A program made the position numbers and the translations under genes. Below the pieces are notes generated by a model, which was given only the letters and a program-made list of their open reading frames with translations, was not told the origin of the DNA and did not search any database. From an uncultured cyanobacterium (GTDB lineage Bacteria; Cyanobacteriota; Cyanobacteriia; Cyanobacteriales; CAWUOF01), in contig CAVUSO010000001.1 of assembly GCA_963744145.1 (NCBI GenBank), positions 5,472,001 through 5,536,000 on the forward strand: 64,000 nt of DNA, read 5' to 3'. The first letter of the stretch is position 1. Every line of letters begins with the position of its first letter. Below, piece after piece: positions 10,605-21,545 of this stretch.

Positions 10605-11069
10605 ATGAGCGGGAAGTTTCAATTTGGATTAATAGCAAGATTGGTCATGTCAATGGCGATCGCCATGGTTGAGTTGAATTCGATCTCATCATCAGCTTTA
10701 AGTGCATCTAAACCAACTCTACAAAGTTTACCTAACGGTGATTATTTTTACGGAGAATCTCGTTCTCCGAACATCAGTGGAGCTAGATATCTAATTTTCC
10801 GCAAACATGGTCAGATCATTATTGGACGTAACTACATCGATCATTCCGATGAATGGACTTGCTTTCGTGGTAAAGCTAATGGGTTAAAAATTACCAACAT
10901 CACAGCCGGAATTCAACCTATTCCTGTGGATAAAGGATCTGTATCCTGGGAATTTAGCCCCAGTGTAGCGATCGATCTGAGTAAATTTTCTCGATTGCTA
11001 TTTAACCAAGCACCTGCAAATATGAAGCAAGGTTTCCAAACTTGTGTACAATTATTTCAAAATCAGTGA
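10605..11069 (+). CDS. Hypothetical exported protein
   Basis: N-terminal signal-like segment; 154-aa ORF filling the intergenic gap. Confidence 0.7.
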   Translation: MSGKFQFGLIARLVMSMAIAMVELNSISSSALSASKPTLQSLPNGDYFYGESRSPNISGARYLIFRKHGQIIIGRNYIDHSDEWTCFRGKANGLKITNITAGIQPIPVDKGSVSWEFSPSVAIDLSKFSRLLFNQAPANMKQGFQTCVQLFQNQ

Positions 11070-11170
11070 TAATAGATGCTGTTGCTCAACTTTTGCATCT
11101 GGTGAGCAACAACAGCATCTTTTCCAGAAGTTAAACTTCAGCAAACTATCGCTAAATTGGAGTAGGTCAA

Positions 11171-11338
11171 ATGACTTTAATTCGCATCTTAGCTGCAATC
11201 TTCATCCCTCCGTTAGGTGTATTTTTAACAGTTGGGATTGGTGGTGCTTTTTGGATCAACCTAATTCTGACCTTATTGGGATTTATTCCCGGTATTGTCC
11301 ATGCGATCTGGGTAATTGCGAAGCATGATGGTGATTAG
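11171..11338 (+). CDS. YqaE/Pmp3 family small membrane protein (55 aa; not in the ORF track)
   Basis: Translates to MTLIRILAAIFIPPLGVFLTVGIGGAFWINLILTLLGFIPGIVHAIWVIAKHDGD, a typical Pmp3 pattern. Confidence 0.92.
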   Translation: MTLIRILAAIFIPPLGVFLTVGIGGAFWINLILTLLGFIPGIVHAIWVIAKHDGD

Positions 11339-11342
11339 TTTG

Positions 11343-11413
11343 TCTCGTACTTATGGTGCTCATTAAACCCGATTAATTCATAAAGAACTGGGTTTTTCAC
11401 CACAAGTACGAGA
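11343..11413. terminator. Long imperfect hairpin between convergent genes
   Basis: Outer arms TCTCGTACTT/AAGTACGAGA; inner arms GGTG/CACC and AAACCC/GGGTTT. Confidence 0.55.
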
Positions 11414-11472
11414 AACTTGGATATTAATGGGAGCCCGCTAGCGACATTTTTGAAGTGTGAACTTACTGATCT

Positions 11473-12645
11473 TTAATATTCAGGAACCGAAGCATCTATT
11501 TCTCGACTCCAAGCAGTAATTCCACCTTTGACATTAATTCCTTCAATCCCAACATTTTTGAGAATTCCTAAAGCTTTAGCAGATCTTCCACCTAGCTTAC
11601 AATGGGCAATCAACCGATGACCATTTAACAATTCCTTGATCTTACTTACACCAGCACCACTTTCAATATCAGGTAAAGGTACTAAAATCGATCCGGGAAT
11701 TTTGGCAATCTCATATTCATTAGGATTGCGTACATCAATTAAAACAAAATCTTTAGTGCCGCGATCGAGAATTTCCTTGAGTTCTTGGACGGTAATCTCT
11801 TGCATTTCCATTTGTTGTTTAGCCTCTGCTGCTTTAGCTTGAGTAACCCCACAGAAAAATTCGTAGTCGATTAATTTTTCAATTACTGGACGGATCGGAT
11901 TGGGACGCAATTTTAATTCTCGGAATTTCATTTCCAAAGCATTAAACAACAATAGTCTACCACTCAGAGTCATCCCTTGACCCAGAATAATTTTGATCGT
12001 CTCGGTTGCTTGAATACAGCCAATAATCCCTGGTAAAATTCCTAACACACCACCTTCAGCACAGGAAGGAACCATCCCTGGAGGTGGTGGTTCTGGATAG
12101 AGGTCACGGTAGTTTGGTCCATCTTGGTAGTTAAAGACTGTAGCTTGTCCTTCAAACCGGAAAATAGAACCGTAGACATTAGGTTTATTTAACAAAACAC
12201 AAGCATCATTAACTAGATAGCGTGTGGGAAAATTATCAGTCCCATCAACAACGATATCGTAGGGTTTAATCAGATCAAGAGCGTTTTCGGAAGTGATCCG
12301 GGTTTCGTAAAGATCAACCTGACAATCGGGGTTAATTTCCAAAATCCGGTTTTGAGCTGAAGCAATTTTTGGTTTACCTACCCAGGATGTACCATGAATG
12401 ATTTGTCGTTGTAAGTTGGAACTATCAACCACATCAAAATCAACTATCCCCAGTCTACCAATCCCAGCTGCGGCTAGGTAAAGTAGTAAGGGAGAACCAA
12501 GTCCACCTGTGCCAATACATAATACACTAGCGGCTTTAAGACGTTTTTGTCCTTCTAATCCGACTTCGGGGAGGATTAAATGACGGGAGTACCGCTCGTA
12601 TTCTTCTTTATTGAGTTGGATTTCGTTTAAGTTTGGGTTTAACAT
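11473..12645 (-). CDS. moeB: Molybdopterin-synthase adenylyltransferase MoeB with C-terminal rhodanese domain (MoeZ-type)
   Basis: RYSRHLIL, GTGGLG, SNLQRQ and DGTDNF; rhodanese HCKLGGRS. Confidence 0.93.
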   Translation of the reverse strand: MLNPNLNEIQLNKEEYERYSRHLILPEVGLEGQKRLKAASVLCIGTGGLGSPLLLYLAAAGIGRLGIVDFDVVDSSNLQRQIIHGTSWVGKPKIASAQNRILEINPDCQVDLYETRITSENALDLIKPYDIVVDGTDNFPTRYLVNDACVLLNKPNVYGSIFRFEGQATVFNYQDGPNYRDLYPEPPPPGMVPSCAEGGVLGILPGIIGCIQATETIKIILGQGMTLSGRLLLFNALEMKFRELKLRPNPIRPVIEKLIDYEFFCGVTQAKAAEAKQQMEMQEITVQELKEILDRGTKDFVLIDVRNPNEYEIAKIPGSILVPLPDIESGAGVSKIKELLNGHRLIAHCKLGGRSAKALGILKNVGIEGINVKGGITAWSREIDASVPEY

Positions 12646-12720
12646 CGCAGCCTATGTAGCGCAGAGCAAGTCATTATAACATAGTAGATAAAATACTAGC
12701 TCATTAAGTTGGGATTTCCA

Positions 12721-13260
12721 ATGACTGGTAGTAGGGCAACATCAACGAATTACAATGCTGAAGTTCTAGACCAAAAAATCTGGACGAATAGCTATTATGG
12801 ACTGCTGGGACTTCATCCCTCTGCATCATCCCTGGAAATTAGACGCTCCTATCGGGAATTGAGTAAACTCTACCATCCTGATACAACGGATCTACCTACA
12901 GCGATCGCTTGTGCTAAGTTCCAACAACTAAATGAAGCTTATTCCACCCTGAGCAGTCCAGAAAAACGACTGCTCTATGACCAAAAAATTCGTTATTCTA
13001 GGATGGCGGTGATTCAACCCCTAAATCAGGTCAGGAATTCACCCAATGTCCCCCAATCCTCATCCTCTGCTTATCTTGATCCCACGGATCGTCCTCTTTC
13101 CCCAGGGGAAATATTTGTTCTATTGATTCTTGGTCTGACCCTAATTGGCTGTCTAGTTTTAGCGATCGCTATTGCTATAATTCGTGGTAATAATTCTTTC
13201 CCAACACCAGAATTAACTCATCAAATCATCCTCAACCAGCTCCATCACTTCCATTTTTAG
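12721..13260 (+). CDS. J-domain protein with a C-terminal TM helix
   Basis: YHPD J-domain motif; ATG at 12721 preferred over the TTG at 12709. Confidence 0.88.
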   Translation: MTGSRATSTNYNAEVLDQKIWTNSYYGLLGLHPSASSLEIRRSYRELSKLYHPDTTDLPTAIACAKFQQLNEAYSTLSSPEKRLLYDQKIRYSRMAVIQPLNQVRNSPNVPQSSSSAYLDPTDRPLSPGEIFVLLILGLTLIGCLVLAIAIAIIRGNNSFPTPELTHQIILNQLHHFHF

Positions 13261-13310
13261 TGTTTCCTCAAAAAAAACCTCAGTAATTAACTAGATTAAC
13301 CACATCCAAT

Positions 13311-13583
13311 ATGACTTTACCGACAGCTAACACACCCTTATACAATCATCCCCTCCCCAAGATCGAATTTTGGCTCGCATCTCAAGGATGTCAACAAGAT
13401 CGAGAAAACTTACACTGTTGGTCTTTAGTTCGACCAACTTGGAAAGCTGAGATTTCCTTAGATATCGATCAAATTAACGTCTGCTATGTCGGTGCGGGCA
13501 CAAATGGGCACGATATCAATCGCGCTTTCAAATATTCCCTCAGTCGTGAAGATATTGAAAATGCGATCTTTTCCGGACCCTAA
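13311..13583 (+). CDS. Conserved cyanobacterial protein (DUF3143-like)
   Basis: TPLYNHPLPKIE and FKYSLSREDIENAIFSGP. Confidence 0.8.
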   Translation: MTLPTANTPLYNHPLPKIEFWLASQGCQQDRENLHCWSLVRPTWKAEISLDIDQINVCYVGAGTNGHDINRAFKYSLSREDIENAIFSGP

Positions 13584-14333
13584 TTAAACCTTACCAAAAC
13601 GGCGATCGCGCTGTTGGTAATTACTCAAAGCGCGATGAAAATCAGCTCGGTCAAAATCAGGCCACAAAGTATCTGTAATATATATTTCTGCATAAGCAAC
13701 TTGCCAAAGTAAGAAATTACTAATCCGCATTTCGCCACTAGTCCGAATTAATAAATCCGGATCACCAATCTCAGCTGTATAAAGATGATCCGCAAACAAC
13801 GCTTCATTAATATCTTCCGGTGCTAATAACCCTTGCTTGACTAGAGTCGCGATCGCCCGAGTTGCTTGCAAAATTTCCTGACGACCGCCATAATTAGTCG
13901 CGACCGTAAACTTAATCCCCTGATTATCACGAGTCACTTCCACCGATCGCTCAATTTCTGCGAGTAAAGAAGCAGGGAGTGCCCTTAAATTCCCCACACA
14001 GCGAATTTGCACATTTTCTTGCATCAAATACTCTATTTCTTGACGAATCACTTGTTCAAACAAAGTCATTAAAAAATTGACTTCCTCCATCGGTCTACCC
14101 CAATTTTCCGTCGAAAAAGCATAAACCGTTAGTGCTTGAATCCCCCAATCATTACAACAACGCAGCAATTTTTTCAAAGCAGACACCCCTTGACGATGGC
14201 CAATAATCCGGGGTAAACCCTGGCGTTTTGCCCAACGACCATTACCATCCATAATTACAGCTACATGGTGAGGGAGTCGCTCCCGATCTAAATCAGCTGG
14301 CAACTGTTGTAAAAAAGTTTGCTTAATCGTCAT
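13584..14333 (-). CDS. uppS: Isoprenyl transferase (undecaprenyl diphosphate synthase)
   Basis: [19 protein letters not shown] and [18 protein letters not shown] at 14333 overlaps the cdaA stop. Confidence 0.95.
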   Translation of the reverse strand: MTIKQTFLQQLPADLDRERLPHHVAVIMDGNGRWAKRQGLPRIIGHRQGVSALKKLLRCCNDWGIQALTVYAFSTENWGRPMEEVNFLMTLFEQVIRQEIEYLMQENVQIRCVGNLRALPASLLAEIERSVEVTRDNQGIKFTVATNYGGRQEILQATRAIATLVKQGLLAPEDINEALFADHLYTAEIGDPDLLIRTSGEMRISNFLLWQVAYAEIYITDTLWPDFDRADFHRALSNYQQRDRRFGKV

Positions 14334-15253
14334 TTTTTCTCCCGAGACGTCGATGCAGAAAGACGAAATAAACGTGAAATCAGTGCCCATCCCTTTGACC
14401 AAATTTGACGTCCTAGACTGCGAATTGGAGCAGCAACTGCACTCTCGTCCAAGGATGGCGAAAATCGGGCTTCTAGCATTTCTTTCAGCTTACTGCTAGT
14501 TAAAGGTCGATTCAGCCCTCCTCGTTCAGCTAAAGAAATAGAACCTGTTTCTTCAGATACAACAACACAAATACAATTTTCGACTCGCTCTGTCACTCCC
14601 ATCGCTGCACGATGACGTGTCCCTAACTGACGGGAAGCCGTGCGATCAGAAATTGGTAAAATGACTCCAGCTGAGACAATCCGTGATCCCCGCACCAAAA
14701 CCGCCCCATCATGTAATAAAGTTGTAGTTTGAAATAAGGTTTGAATCAATTCCTTAGAAACCTCAGCATTAAGTTTCACCCCAGGAACGGAAAAATCGCG
14801 CTCATCAATGGGAGCCCCGGTTTCTAAAATTAACAGCGCTCCAGTCCGATTTTGGGAAAGTTCTTTCACTGCATCAACAATTTCATCAATTACACTATCC
14901 GCTTTGGGAATAGCTCCACGACGCGATGGTTGAAATAACTGTAAAATTTCGCCACGACCCAATTGTTCTAAAAAACGACGGAATTCTGATTGTAAAATTA
15001 CTGCCATGGAGACAGCTGAACCAATTACCAAATTATGGAGGACAAAACTTAACAGGGTCAGCTCCAGTTTGGCACTGATGGTAGCAGCAACCATTAAAAT
15101 AATCAAGCCCCTCACCATCCACAGGGTACGTCGCTCGCCAATAATGACGAGTACCATATAAGTAAGGGCTAAAACTGACCCAATATCGATCGGGTCTTTG
15201 AGCCATTGCTTCCAAAATTCAATAATATGAAGCAGCAAGGATTCACTCAGCAA
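14330..15253 (-). CDS. cdaA: Diadenylate cyclase
   Basis: Three N-terminal TM helices; DAC motifs LHDGA, GTRHRAA and VSEETG. Confidence 0.93.
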   Translation of the reverse strand: MLSESLLLHIIEFWKQWLKDPIDIGSVLALTYMVLVIIGERRTLWMVRGLIILMVAATISAKLELTLLSFVLHNLVIGSAVSMAVILQSEFRRFLEQLGRGEILQLFQPSRRGAIPKADSVIDEIVDAVKELSQNRTGALLILETGAPIDERDFSVPGVKLNAEVSKELIQTLFQTTTLLHDGAVLVRGSRIVSAGVILPISDRTASRQLGTRHRAAMGVTERVENCICVVVSEETGSISLAERGGLNRPLTSSKLKEMLEARFSPSLDESAVAAPIRSLGRQIWSKGWALISRLFRLSASTSREKK

Positions 15254-15347
15254 TTGCTTGAACGCACCCCAACTAAATCGAAGATTTTAGTTGAGGATTC
15301 TTACGTCAAGAACTCGTCTTAACGTCGTTAGCTACTCTTGGGAAAGT

Positions 15348-15375
15348 GTACGGGTGTATGGCAATACACCCCTAC
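15348..15375. repeat. Short REP-like palindrome GTACGGGTGTAT-GGCA-ATACACCCCTAC
   Basis: Inverted repeat with GTA.../...CTAC ends. Confidence 0.6.
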
Positions 15376-15532
15376 CAGCGATCAGGCTCACAGAAAATCT
15401 GTTGATCGCATCGGGTCTATGTTATAGTACCGTGAGGCGATTACCTGATTCTCTAATTATACAAGTACAGAGGTATTGCCATAGGTATCTATCGAGCTTT
15501 TATTGGTTGGTTCGCTCACCCCAAAAATGCTC

Positions 15533-16921
15533 CTATGCCAATCTTTCGGGTAATCGATCTTGTCGGATTAAGTCTTGATATGTTTCTCGCTGCAAAATCA
15601 GGTTAGCTTCTCCAGACTTGGCTAAAACTGCTGCTGGTCGAGGTAACCGATTGTAGTTAGAAGCCATGCTATAATTATATGCTCCTGTTGACATCACCAC
15701 TAAAATGTCTCCGATCGCAAAATTTGGTAATTGAGCATTTTGAATGAGAATATCTCCAGATTCGCAGTGTTTACCAGCGATCGTGACTGTTTCCGTGATG
15801 GGAGCTGACATCCGATTAGCCAGAAGACAGCGATAAACTGATTGGTAGGTAATCGGACGGGGATTATCAGACATTCCTCCATCAACAGATAGATAGGTCC
15901 TTACTCCCGGTACAATTTTATGACTACCCAATGTGTAAGCAGTCAGACCAGCAGGACCGATGATCGATCGACCAGGTTCACATAAAAGTTTAGGTAAAGG
16001 GATCTGTTCAGCTTGACAAGCTGTGGTGACACCGACACTGATGGTCTTTACCCATTCATCAATACTGGGAGGATCATCATGTTCAGTATAGCGAATGCCT
16101 AATCCGCCGCCGATATTTATTTCTTCTATAGATAAACCATAAGTTGTGGCTAATTTGAGCCACTGTGCCATTAAAACTGCTAAATCTTGATGGGGTTGAA
16201 GTTCAAAAATTTGGGAACCAATATGAGCGTGTAACCCGATCGTCTGAAGTAGAGGTTGCTGACTGACAAAGGTAAATACTTCGGTAATCTGATCCGGATC
16301 GAACCCAAATTTGTTATCTAAATGTCCAGTCCGGATATATTCATGGGTATGACATTCAATTCCTGGAGTCAATCTGAGCATGACTCGGACAGGATGAGTA
16401 GCAATTTCTACTAATTTATGCAAGTCTAACCAATTATCGGCGACGATCGTCACCCCTGAGTCAATGGCAAGCTGAAGTTCTGCTAAGGATTTATTATTGC
16501 CATGGAGGTAAATTTTGGCTGGACTTACTCCTGCACTTAGAGCTGTGTAGAGTTCTCCTCCGGAAACTACATCAATTCCTAACCCTTCTTGAGCAGCGAT
16601 CGCACAGATGGCAATACAATTCCAAGCTTTAGAAGCATACAATACCTGAGATTGCCCCTGATAATACTGTTCTAAAGCATTTCGATACTGACGACAAGCG
16701 GTGCGGAGGGTTTCTTCATCGATAATATAGAGGGGAGAGCCAAATTGTTGCACCAGAGTGGTAACATCACAACCACCAACTTCTAGGTGATCTTGGTGAT
16801 TTACTTGGGCTGTGAGGGGTAAAAGTTGCTGATTGGGAGAACGGTCTGTGGGATTAATGTTTGTCTGAGTGAGATACTGACTTCCTGAGTTTTGTACTAT
16901 AGCTGGGTAAGTTGATACCAT
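15533..16921 (-). CDS. lysA: Diaminopimelate decarboxylase
   Basis: YASKA PLP lysine, HIGSQ, EPGR, CESGD and GAYNYSMASNYN. Confidence 0.96.
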   Translation of the reverse strand: MVSTYPAIVQNSGSQYLTQTNINPTDRSPNQQLLPLTAQVNHQDHLEVGGCDVTTLVQQFGSPLYIIDEETLRTACRQYRNALEQYYQGQSQVLYASKAWNCIAICAIAAQEGLGIDVVSGGELYTALSAGVSPAKIYLHGNNKSLAELQLAIDSGVTIVADNWLDLHKLVEIATHPVRVMLRLTPGIECHTHEYIRTGHLDNKFGFDPDQITEVFTFVSQQPLLQTIGLHAHIGSQIFELQPHQDLAVLMAQWLKLATTYGLSIEEINIGGGLGIRYTEHDDPPSIDEWVKTISVGVTTACQAEQIPLPKLLCEPGRSIIGPAGLTAYTLGSHKIVPGVRTYLSVDGGMSDNPRPITYQSVYRCLLANRMSAPITETVTIAGKHCESGDILIQNAQLPNFAIGDILVVMSTGAYNYSMASNYNRLPRPAAVLAKSGEANLILQRETYQDLIRQDRLPERLA

Positions 16922-17019
16922 GATGAATTAATTATCCTTGCTTGAACCAATCCGAATAAGTCTCGCTTTTTAGTGTACAATTGGAGATTGTGCATTCGAC
17001 CATCTTTAAGTTCTTTCTC

Positions 17020-17625
17020 GTGACTTTTCTGCAAATTAAATTTCTGAGCGCTGATGGGCTTGATCGGGTAGTCGCACTTGATCAACTTTGTTTTGGTAAA
17101 CTTTGGACTTTTGATGGTTATCGTCAGGAGTTGGATAATCCTCAATCTGATCTGTTGGTTGCTTATTTGTCTACCGAGCCAGAAATTACCCAGGAATCTT
17201 CTCCCTTAGATCCGCTCCCTCTAGTTGCGTTGGGCTGTGCTTATGCTATTCTCGAAGAATGTCATATTACTATTTTGGGCGTTCATCCGAGCTATCGACA
17301 GCAAGGATTAGGACAAGTGATGTTATATAGTCTATTAATGGTGGCACGCGATCGGCAATTAGAAAGGGCAACCTTAGAAGTCGCAGTTTCTAACCATTCA
17401 GCTCGCTCTCTTTATCAAAAATTTGGGTTTCGGGAAGCAGGTCGCAGGCAAAATTATTATCAACAGACGGGAGAAGATGCTCTAGTTTTGTGGCGTAATG
17501 GTTTGCATCGGGCAGAATTTAGAGAAGAATTGGTAGCATGGCACCAAAAAATTACCGATCGAGTTGATCGATCTGGTTGGATTTGGTCTGGCTTAGGCTC
17601 AAAATTATCTGACAAAAATAACTAG
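17020..17625 (+). CDS. rimI: Ribosomal protein N-acetyltransferase (GNAT)
   Basis: HITILGVHP.YRQQGLG, LEV..SN..A..LY.KFGF...GRR..YY; GTG start inferred. Confidence 0.85.
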   Translation: MTFLQIKFLSADGLDRVVALDQLCFGKLWTFDGYRQELDNPQSDLLVAYLSTEPEITQESSPLDPLPLVALGCAYAILEECHITILGVHPSYRQQGLGQVMLYSLLMVARDRQLERATLEVAVSNHSARSLYQKFGFREAGRRQNYYQQTGEDALVLWRNGLHRAEFREELVAWHQKITDRVDRSGWIWSGLGSKLSDKNN

Positions 17626-18019
17626 GATATTGATACTAATTATAGTGATTTAATGCTATTTCCATCAGTCCAGATTGGCTCAGAATGCGAATCGATTAAG
17701 ATTCTTTGGGGAGACAATCACAAATTTCTTGGGGTGTGACGGGATTGCGAAATGGTTCTAAAATACAAGGTGTTGCTGCTAATCTGCCTAATAATCCTAA
17801 CAGTTCGGGATGACCTGTGCTATTTGATGTTGGCTCAAACCAAATGTTGAAGGGGGTAGTGGAAATAAAGTAATGGGAGAGAGGAAAAATAGGATTTCCC
17901 CCCTAAAAATATACGGAAACCTGGATTAAAGGCGATCGCCCAAGATGGCAACAGGACAAAAGATTTCGCTATGCTAAGATTATTGGCTACCGGCACTCAG
18001 CAGGTGATGGGAACTTATC

Positions 18020-20497
18020 ATGTTTGAACGCTTCACAGAAAAAGCTATAAAAGTAATCATGTTGGCCCAAGAGGAAGCTCGCCGCTTGGGACACAATTTT
18101 GTGGGAACAGAACAGATCCTCCTGGGTCTGATTGGCGAAGGTACTGGGGTCGCGGCTAAAGTCCTCAAATCGATGGGGGTCAATCTCAAAGATGCTCGGA
18201 TTGAGGTTGAGAAAATCATTGGTAGAGGTTCTGGATTTGTGGCTGTGGAAATTCCGTTCACCCCCAGAGCTAAGCGTGTACTCGAATTATCTCTCGAAGA
18301 AGCTCGTCAGTTAGGACATAACTATATTGGCACAGAGCATTTGCTGTTAGGCTTAATTCGCGAAGGAGAAGGTGTAGCCGCCCGCGTGCTGGAAAATCTG
18401 GGGGTCGATCTATCGAAAGTCCGAACTCAAGTGATTCGGATGTTAGGAGAAACCGCAGAAGTATCCGCTGGTGGATCGCAAGGACGGACAAAAACACCAA
18501 CTTTAGATGAATTTGGCTCAAATTTGACCCAAATGGCAGCCGAAGGGAAGCTAGATCCAGTCGTAGGTCGTCAAAAGGAAATTGAACGGGTAATCCAAAT
18601 TCTCGGTCGTCGGACTAAGAATAATCCCGTGTTGATTGGAGAACCAGGGGTAGGAAAAACCGCGATCGCCGAAGGATTAGCTCAACGCATCGCTAATAAT
18701 GATATCCCAGATATTCTAGAAGAAAAACGGGTAGTTACCCTAGATATTGGGTTGTTAGTAGCAGGAACTAAATATCGCGGGGAATTTGAAGAACGTCTGA
18801 AAAAAATTATGGATGAAATCCGCTCGGCGGGAAATGTCATCCTAGTAATTGACGAAGTTCATACCCTGATTGGTGCAGGTGCGGCTGAAGGTGCGATCGA
18901 TGCAGCAAATATTCTCAAACCAGCTTTAGCTAGAGGTGAATTGCAATGTATTGGTGCTACTACTTTAGATGAATACCGCAAACATATTGAACGCGATGCA
19001 GCTCTAGAACGTCGTTTTCAACCAGTGATGGTGGGTGAACCGAGTGTGGATGAAACCATCGAAATTCTCTATGGTCTCAGAGAACGCTATGAGCAACACC
19101 ATAAACTAAAAATATCTGATGCGGCTCTGTTTGCTGCGGCTAAACTCTCCGATCGCTATATTTCCGATCGCTATCTACCCGATAAAGCGATCGATTTAAT
19201 CGATGAAGCAGGATCAAGAGTACGTCTAATTAACTCCCAACTTCCCCCCGCAGCGAAAGAATTGGATAAGGAGCTACGTCAAGTTCTGAAGGAAAAAGAC
19301 GATGCAGTCCGCTCCCAGGATTTTGATCGTGCTGGAGAACTTCGCGATCGGGAAATGGAAATTAAAGCAGAAATCCGGGCGATCGCCAGTAACAAAAAAA
19401 CCTCTGGGGACAGTACCGATGACTCTCCGGTTGTCGATGAAGAAGATATTGCTCAAATTGTCGCTTCTTGGACTGGAGTCCCAGTTAACAAACTGACCGA
19501 GTCGGAATCAGAGAAGTTACTCCACATGGAAGACACCTTGCACCAACGTCTGATTGGTCAAGAAGAAGCGGTCAAAGCTGTTTCCAAAGCAATTCGTCGC
19601 GCTCGGGTAGGGTTGAAAAATCCGGCTCGACCGATCGCAAGTTTTATTTTCTCTGGTCCGACTGGTGTGGGGAAAACTGAGCTGACTAAATCTTTAGCTG
19701 CTTACTTTTTCGGTTCGGAAGACGCGATGATCCGGTTGGATATGTCCGAATATATGGAACGTCATACTGTTTCCAAGCTAATCGGTTCTCCTCCGGGTTA
19801 TGTTGGTTATAACGAAGGTGGTCAACTGACTGAAGCAGTCCGTCGTCGTCCCTATACGGTGGTGCTATTTGATGAAATCGAAAAAGCTCACCCTGATGTC
19901 TTCAATATGCTTCTGCAAATTCTAGAAGACGGACGTTTGACGGATGCTAAAGGTCGGACAGTAGACTTCAAAAACACCTTACTGATTATGACCTCAAATA
20001 TCGGTTCTAAGGTGATTGAAAAAGGTGGTGGTGGAATCGGGTTTGAGTTCTCTGATAATCAAGCAGAAGCTCAATATAATCGGATTCGTTCTCTGGTGAA
20101 TGAAGAACTTAAGCAGTATTTCCGTCCAGAGTTTCTTAACCGTCTAGATGAAATTATTGTCTTCCGTCAATTAACCAAGGAAGAAGTCAAGCAAATTGCT
20201 GACATTATGCTGAAAGACTTGTTCAAGCGGTTAACTGACCAAGGTATTGTCTTGGAAGTAACAGAACGTTTCAAAGATCGCTTAGTCGAAGAAGGTTACA
20301 ATCCCAGTTATGGGGCTCGACCTCTACGTCGTGCGATTATGCGTTTGCTGGAGGATGTTTTAGCTGAGGAAATCCTCTCTGGTCGAGTTAAAAATGGTGA
20401 TACTGCTACAGTCGATGTAGACAATGAAGGTCAAGTGAAAGTGCTACCCCAAGAAAAACGGGAATTACTTCCTTTTTCTAGCAGTGCTGAATCGTAA
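18020..20497 (+). CDS. clpC: ATP-dependent Clp protease ATP-binding subunit ClpC
   Basis: [26 protein letters not shown]-domain; two AAA modules ([16 protein letters not shown]); UVR coil. Confidence 0.97.
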   Translation: MFERFTEKAIKVIMLAQEEARRLGHNFVGTEQILLGLIGEGTGVAAKVLKSMGVNLKDARIEVEKIIGRGSGFVAVEIPFTPRAKRVLELSLEEARQLGHNYIGTEHLLLGLIREGEGVAARVLENLGVDLSKVRTQVIRMLGETAEVSAGGSQGRTKTPTLDEFGSNLTQMAAEGKLDPVVGRQKEIERVIQILGRRTKNNPVLIGEPGVGKTAIAEGLAQRIANNDIPDILEEKRVVTLDIGLLVAGTKYRGEFEERLKKIMDEIRSAGNVILVIDEVHTLIGAGAAEGAIDAANILKPALARGELQCIGATTLDEYRKHIERDAALERRFQPVMVGEPSVDETIEILYGLRERYEQHHKLKISDAALFAAAKLSDRYISDRYLPDKAIDLIDEAGSRVRLINSQLPPAAKELDKELRQVLKEKDDAVRSQDFDRAGELRDREMEIKAEIRAIASNKKTSGDSTDDSPVVDEEDIAQIVASWTGVPVNKLTESESEKLLHMEDTLHQRLIGQEEAVKAVSKAIRRARVGLKNPARPIASFIFSGPTGVGKTELTKSLAAYFFGSEDAMIRLDMSEYMERHTVSKLIGSPPGYVGYNEGGQLTEAVRRRPYTVVLFDEIEKAHPDVFNMLLQILEDGRLTDAKGRTVDFKNTLLIMTSNIGSKVIEKGGGGIGFEFSDNQAEAQYNRIRSLVNEELKQYFRPEFLNRLDEIIVFRQLTKEEVKQIADIMLKDLFKRLTDQGIVLEVTERFKDRLVEEGYNPSYGARPLRRAIMRLLEDVLAEEILSGRVKNGDTATVDVDNEGQVKVLPQEKRELLPFSSSAES

Positions 20498-20521
20498 TTA
20501 AACGGAGATCTCGGTGAAGAA

Positions 20522-20590
20522 GGGCGAAGCATTCGGATATAAATTAACTGGTTTAAGTGATAAATTATCGCCCGAATGCTTCGCCCCTAC
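20522..20590. repeat. REP-like hairpin related to the MITE interior at 565-660
   Basis: 15-bp arms GGGCGAAGCATTCGG/CCGAATGCTTCGCCC followed by CTAC; loop similar to 580-620. Confidence 0.8.
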
Positions 20591-20619
20591 ACTGTATTGA
20601 TCTATGACCTGGAAAAATG

Positions 20620-20655
20620 AAAAAACGGTAGAAATTATCTTCTCTACCGTTTTTT
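20620..20655. terminator. Bidirectional intrinsic terminator between clpC and Uma2
   Basis: AAAAAACGGTAGA...TCTACCGTTTTTT. Confidence 0.7.
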
Positions 20656-20744
20656 CGCTGGAGCTAATACCAATTTAATAACGACGGGCGATCGCTTGAT
20701 TCCGAGCATCAAAGAGTCCTTATAAAAAACACAAACCTCAATCT

Positions 20745-21305
20745 CTACTCAAACAATTCGCCTACCAATACATTAAAACCTGGTAACAACGGACTGGTTA
20801 AATGATCTTCTTTAAATAACGTCTTGGCTAATTTCAAAGTTCCATCTTCCCGACGGTAAACCTCAATTTTTTCTTCTTTCCAGTCAAAAATCCAATATTC
20901 CCGTACTCCTTGGGCTGAATACAATTTTAACTTTGACTGCCGATCGCGTTTTTCATTTTCCTTACCCGGAGACATTACTTCTACCACCAACTCTGGTGCT
21001 GCGTTTAAATGTCCGGAATTATCTAATATTTTTGCTAAACGTTCATTGCTTACCCAAACTACATCAGGAATAACATTATCAGCATCTGTAAAGATAATAC
21101 CTGGAGCGGGTACAGTCTTACCTAAGCCTGTCTGTCTTGACCAATTTTTTAATGCCGTATAAGCATTACCAGCAACTTCTTGATGACCCCAGTGTGGTGC
21201 TTTTGTCACAAATAAGTCTCCATCAATTATCTCATAACGGTTGCCATTATCAGGGAATAATTCTAAATCAGCGGTTGTCCAGTAGACTTTTTCGGTAATT
21301 GACAT
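20745..21305 (-). CDS. Uma2 family putative endonuclease
   Basis: RYEIIDG, IPDVVW, APELVVEV.SP and K.KLY...GVREYW. Confidence 0.9.
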   Translation of the reverse strand: MSITEKVYWTTADLELFPDNGNRYEIIDGDLFVTKAPHWGHQEVAGNAYTALKNWSRQTGLGKTVPAPGIIFTDADNVIPDVVWVSNERLAKILDNSGHLNAAPELVVEVMSPGKENEKRDRQSKLKLYSAQGVREYWIFDWKEEKIEVYRREDGTLKLAKTLFKEDHLTSPLLPGFNVLVGELFE

Positions 21306-21545
21306 AGCTTTTACTCTCCTGGAGAAAATGCGATCGGCTCATAATTATTTAACAATCCGATATAATCATAATACCTTTACTTTGTTCAAGGCATAAAAAT
21401 TGGGGTAAGCTTCGACTCGCTGAGCGGTTAAACGAGCGGGCAAACTTTTGATTATTTATGCACCGAAATGCTTCCATCCCCTACATTTAACTGAACTGGA
21501 TTGATTTATAATATTTTAATTTCCATGAATCATCAGCAGGAATAA

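Noticed and set aside
11044..11328. 94-aa Cys-rich ORF
   Set aside because: It overlaps the convincing Pmp3 gene in another frame
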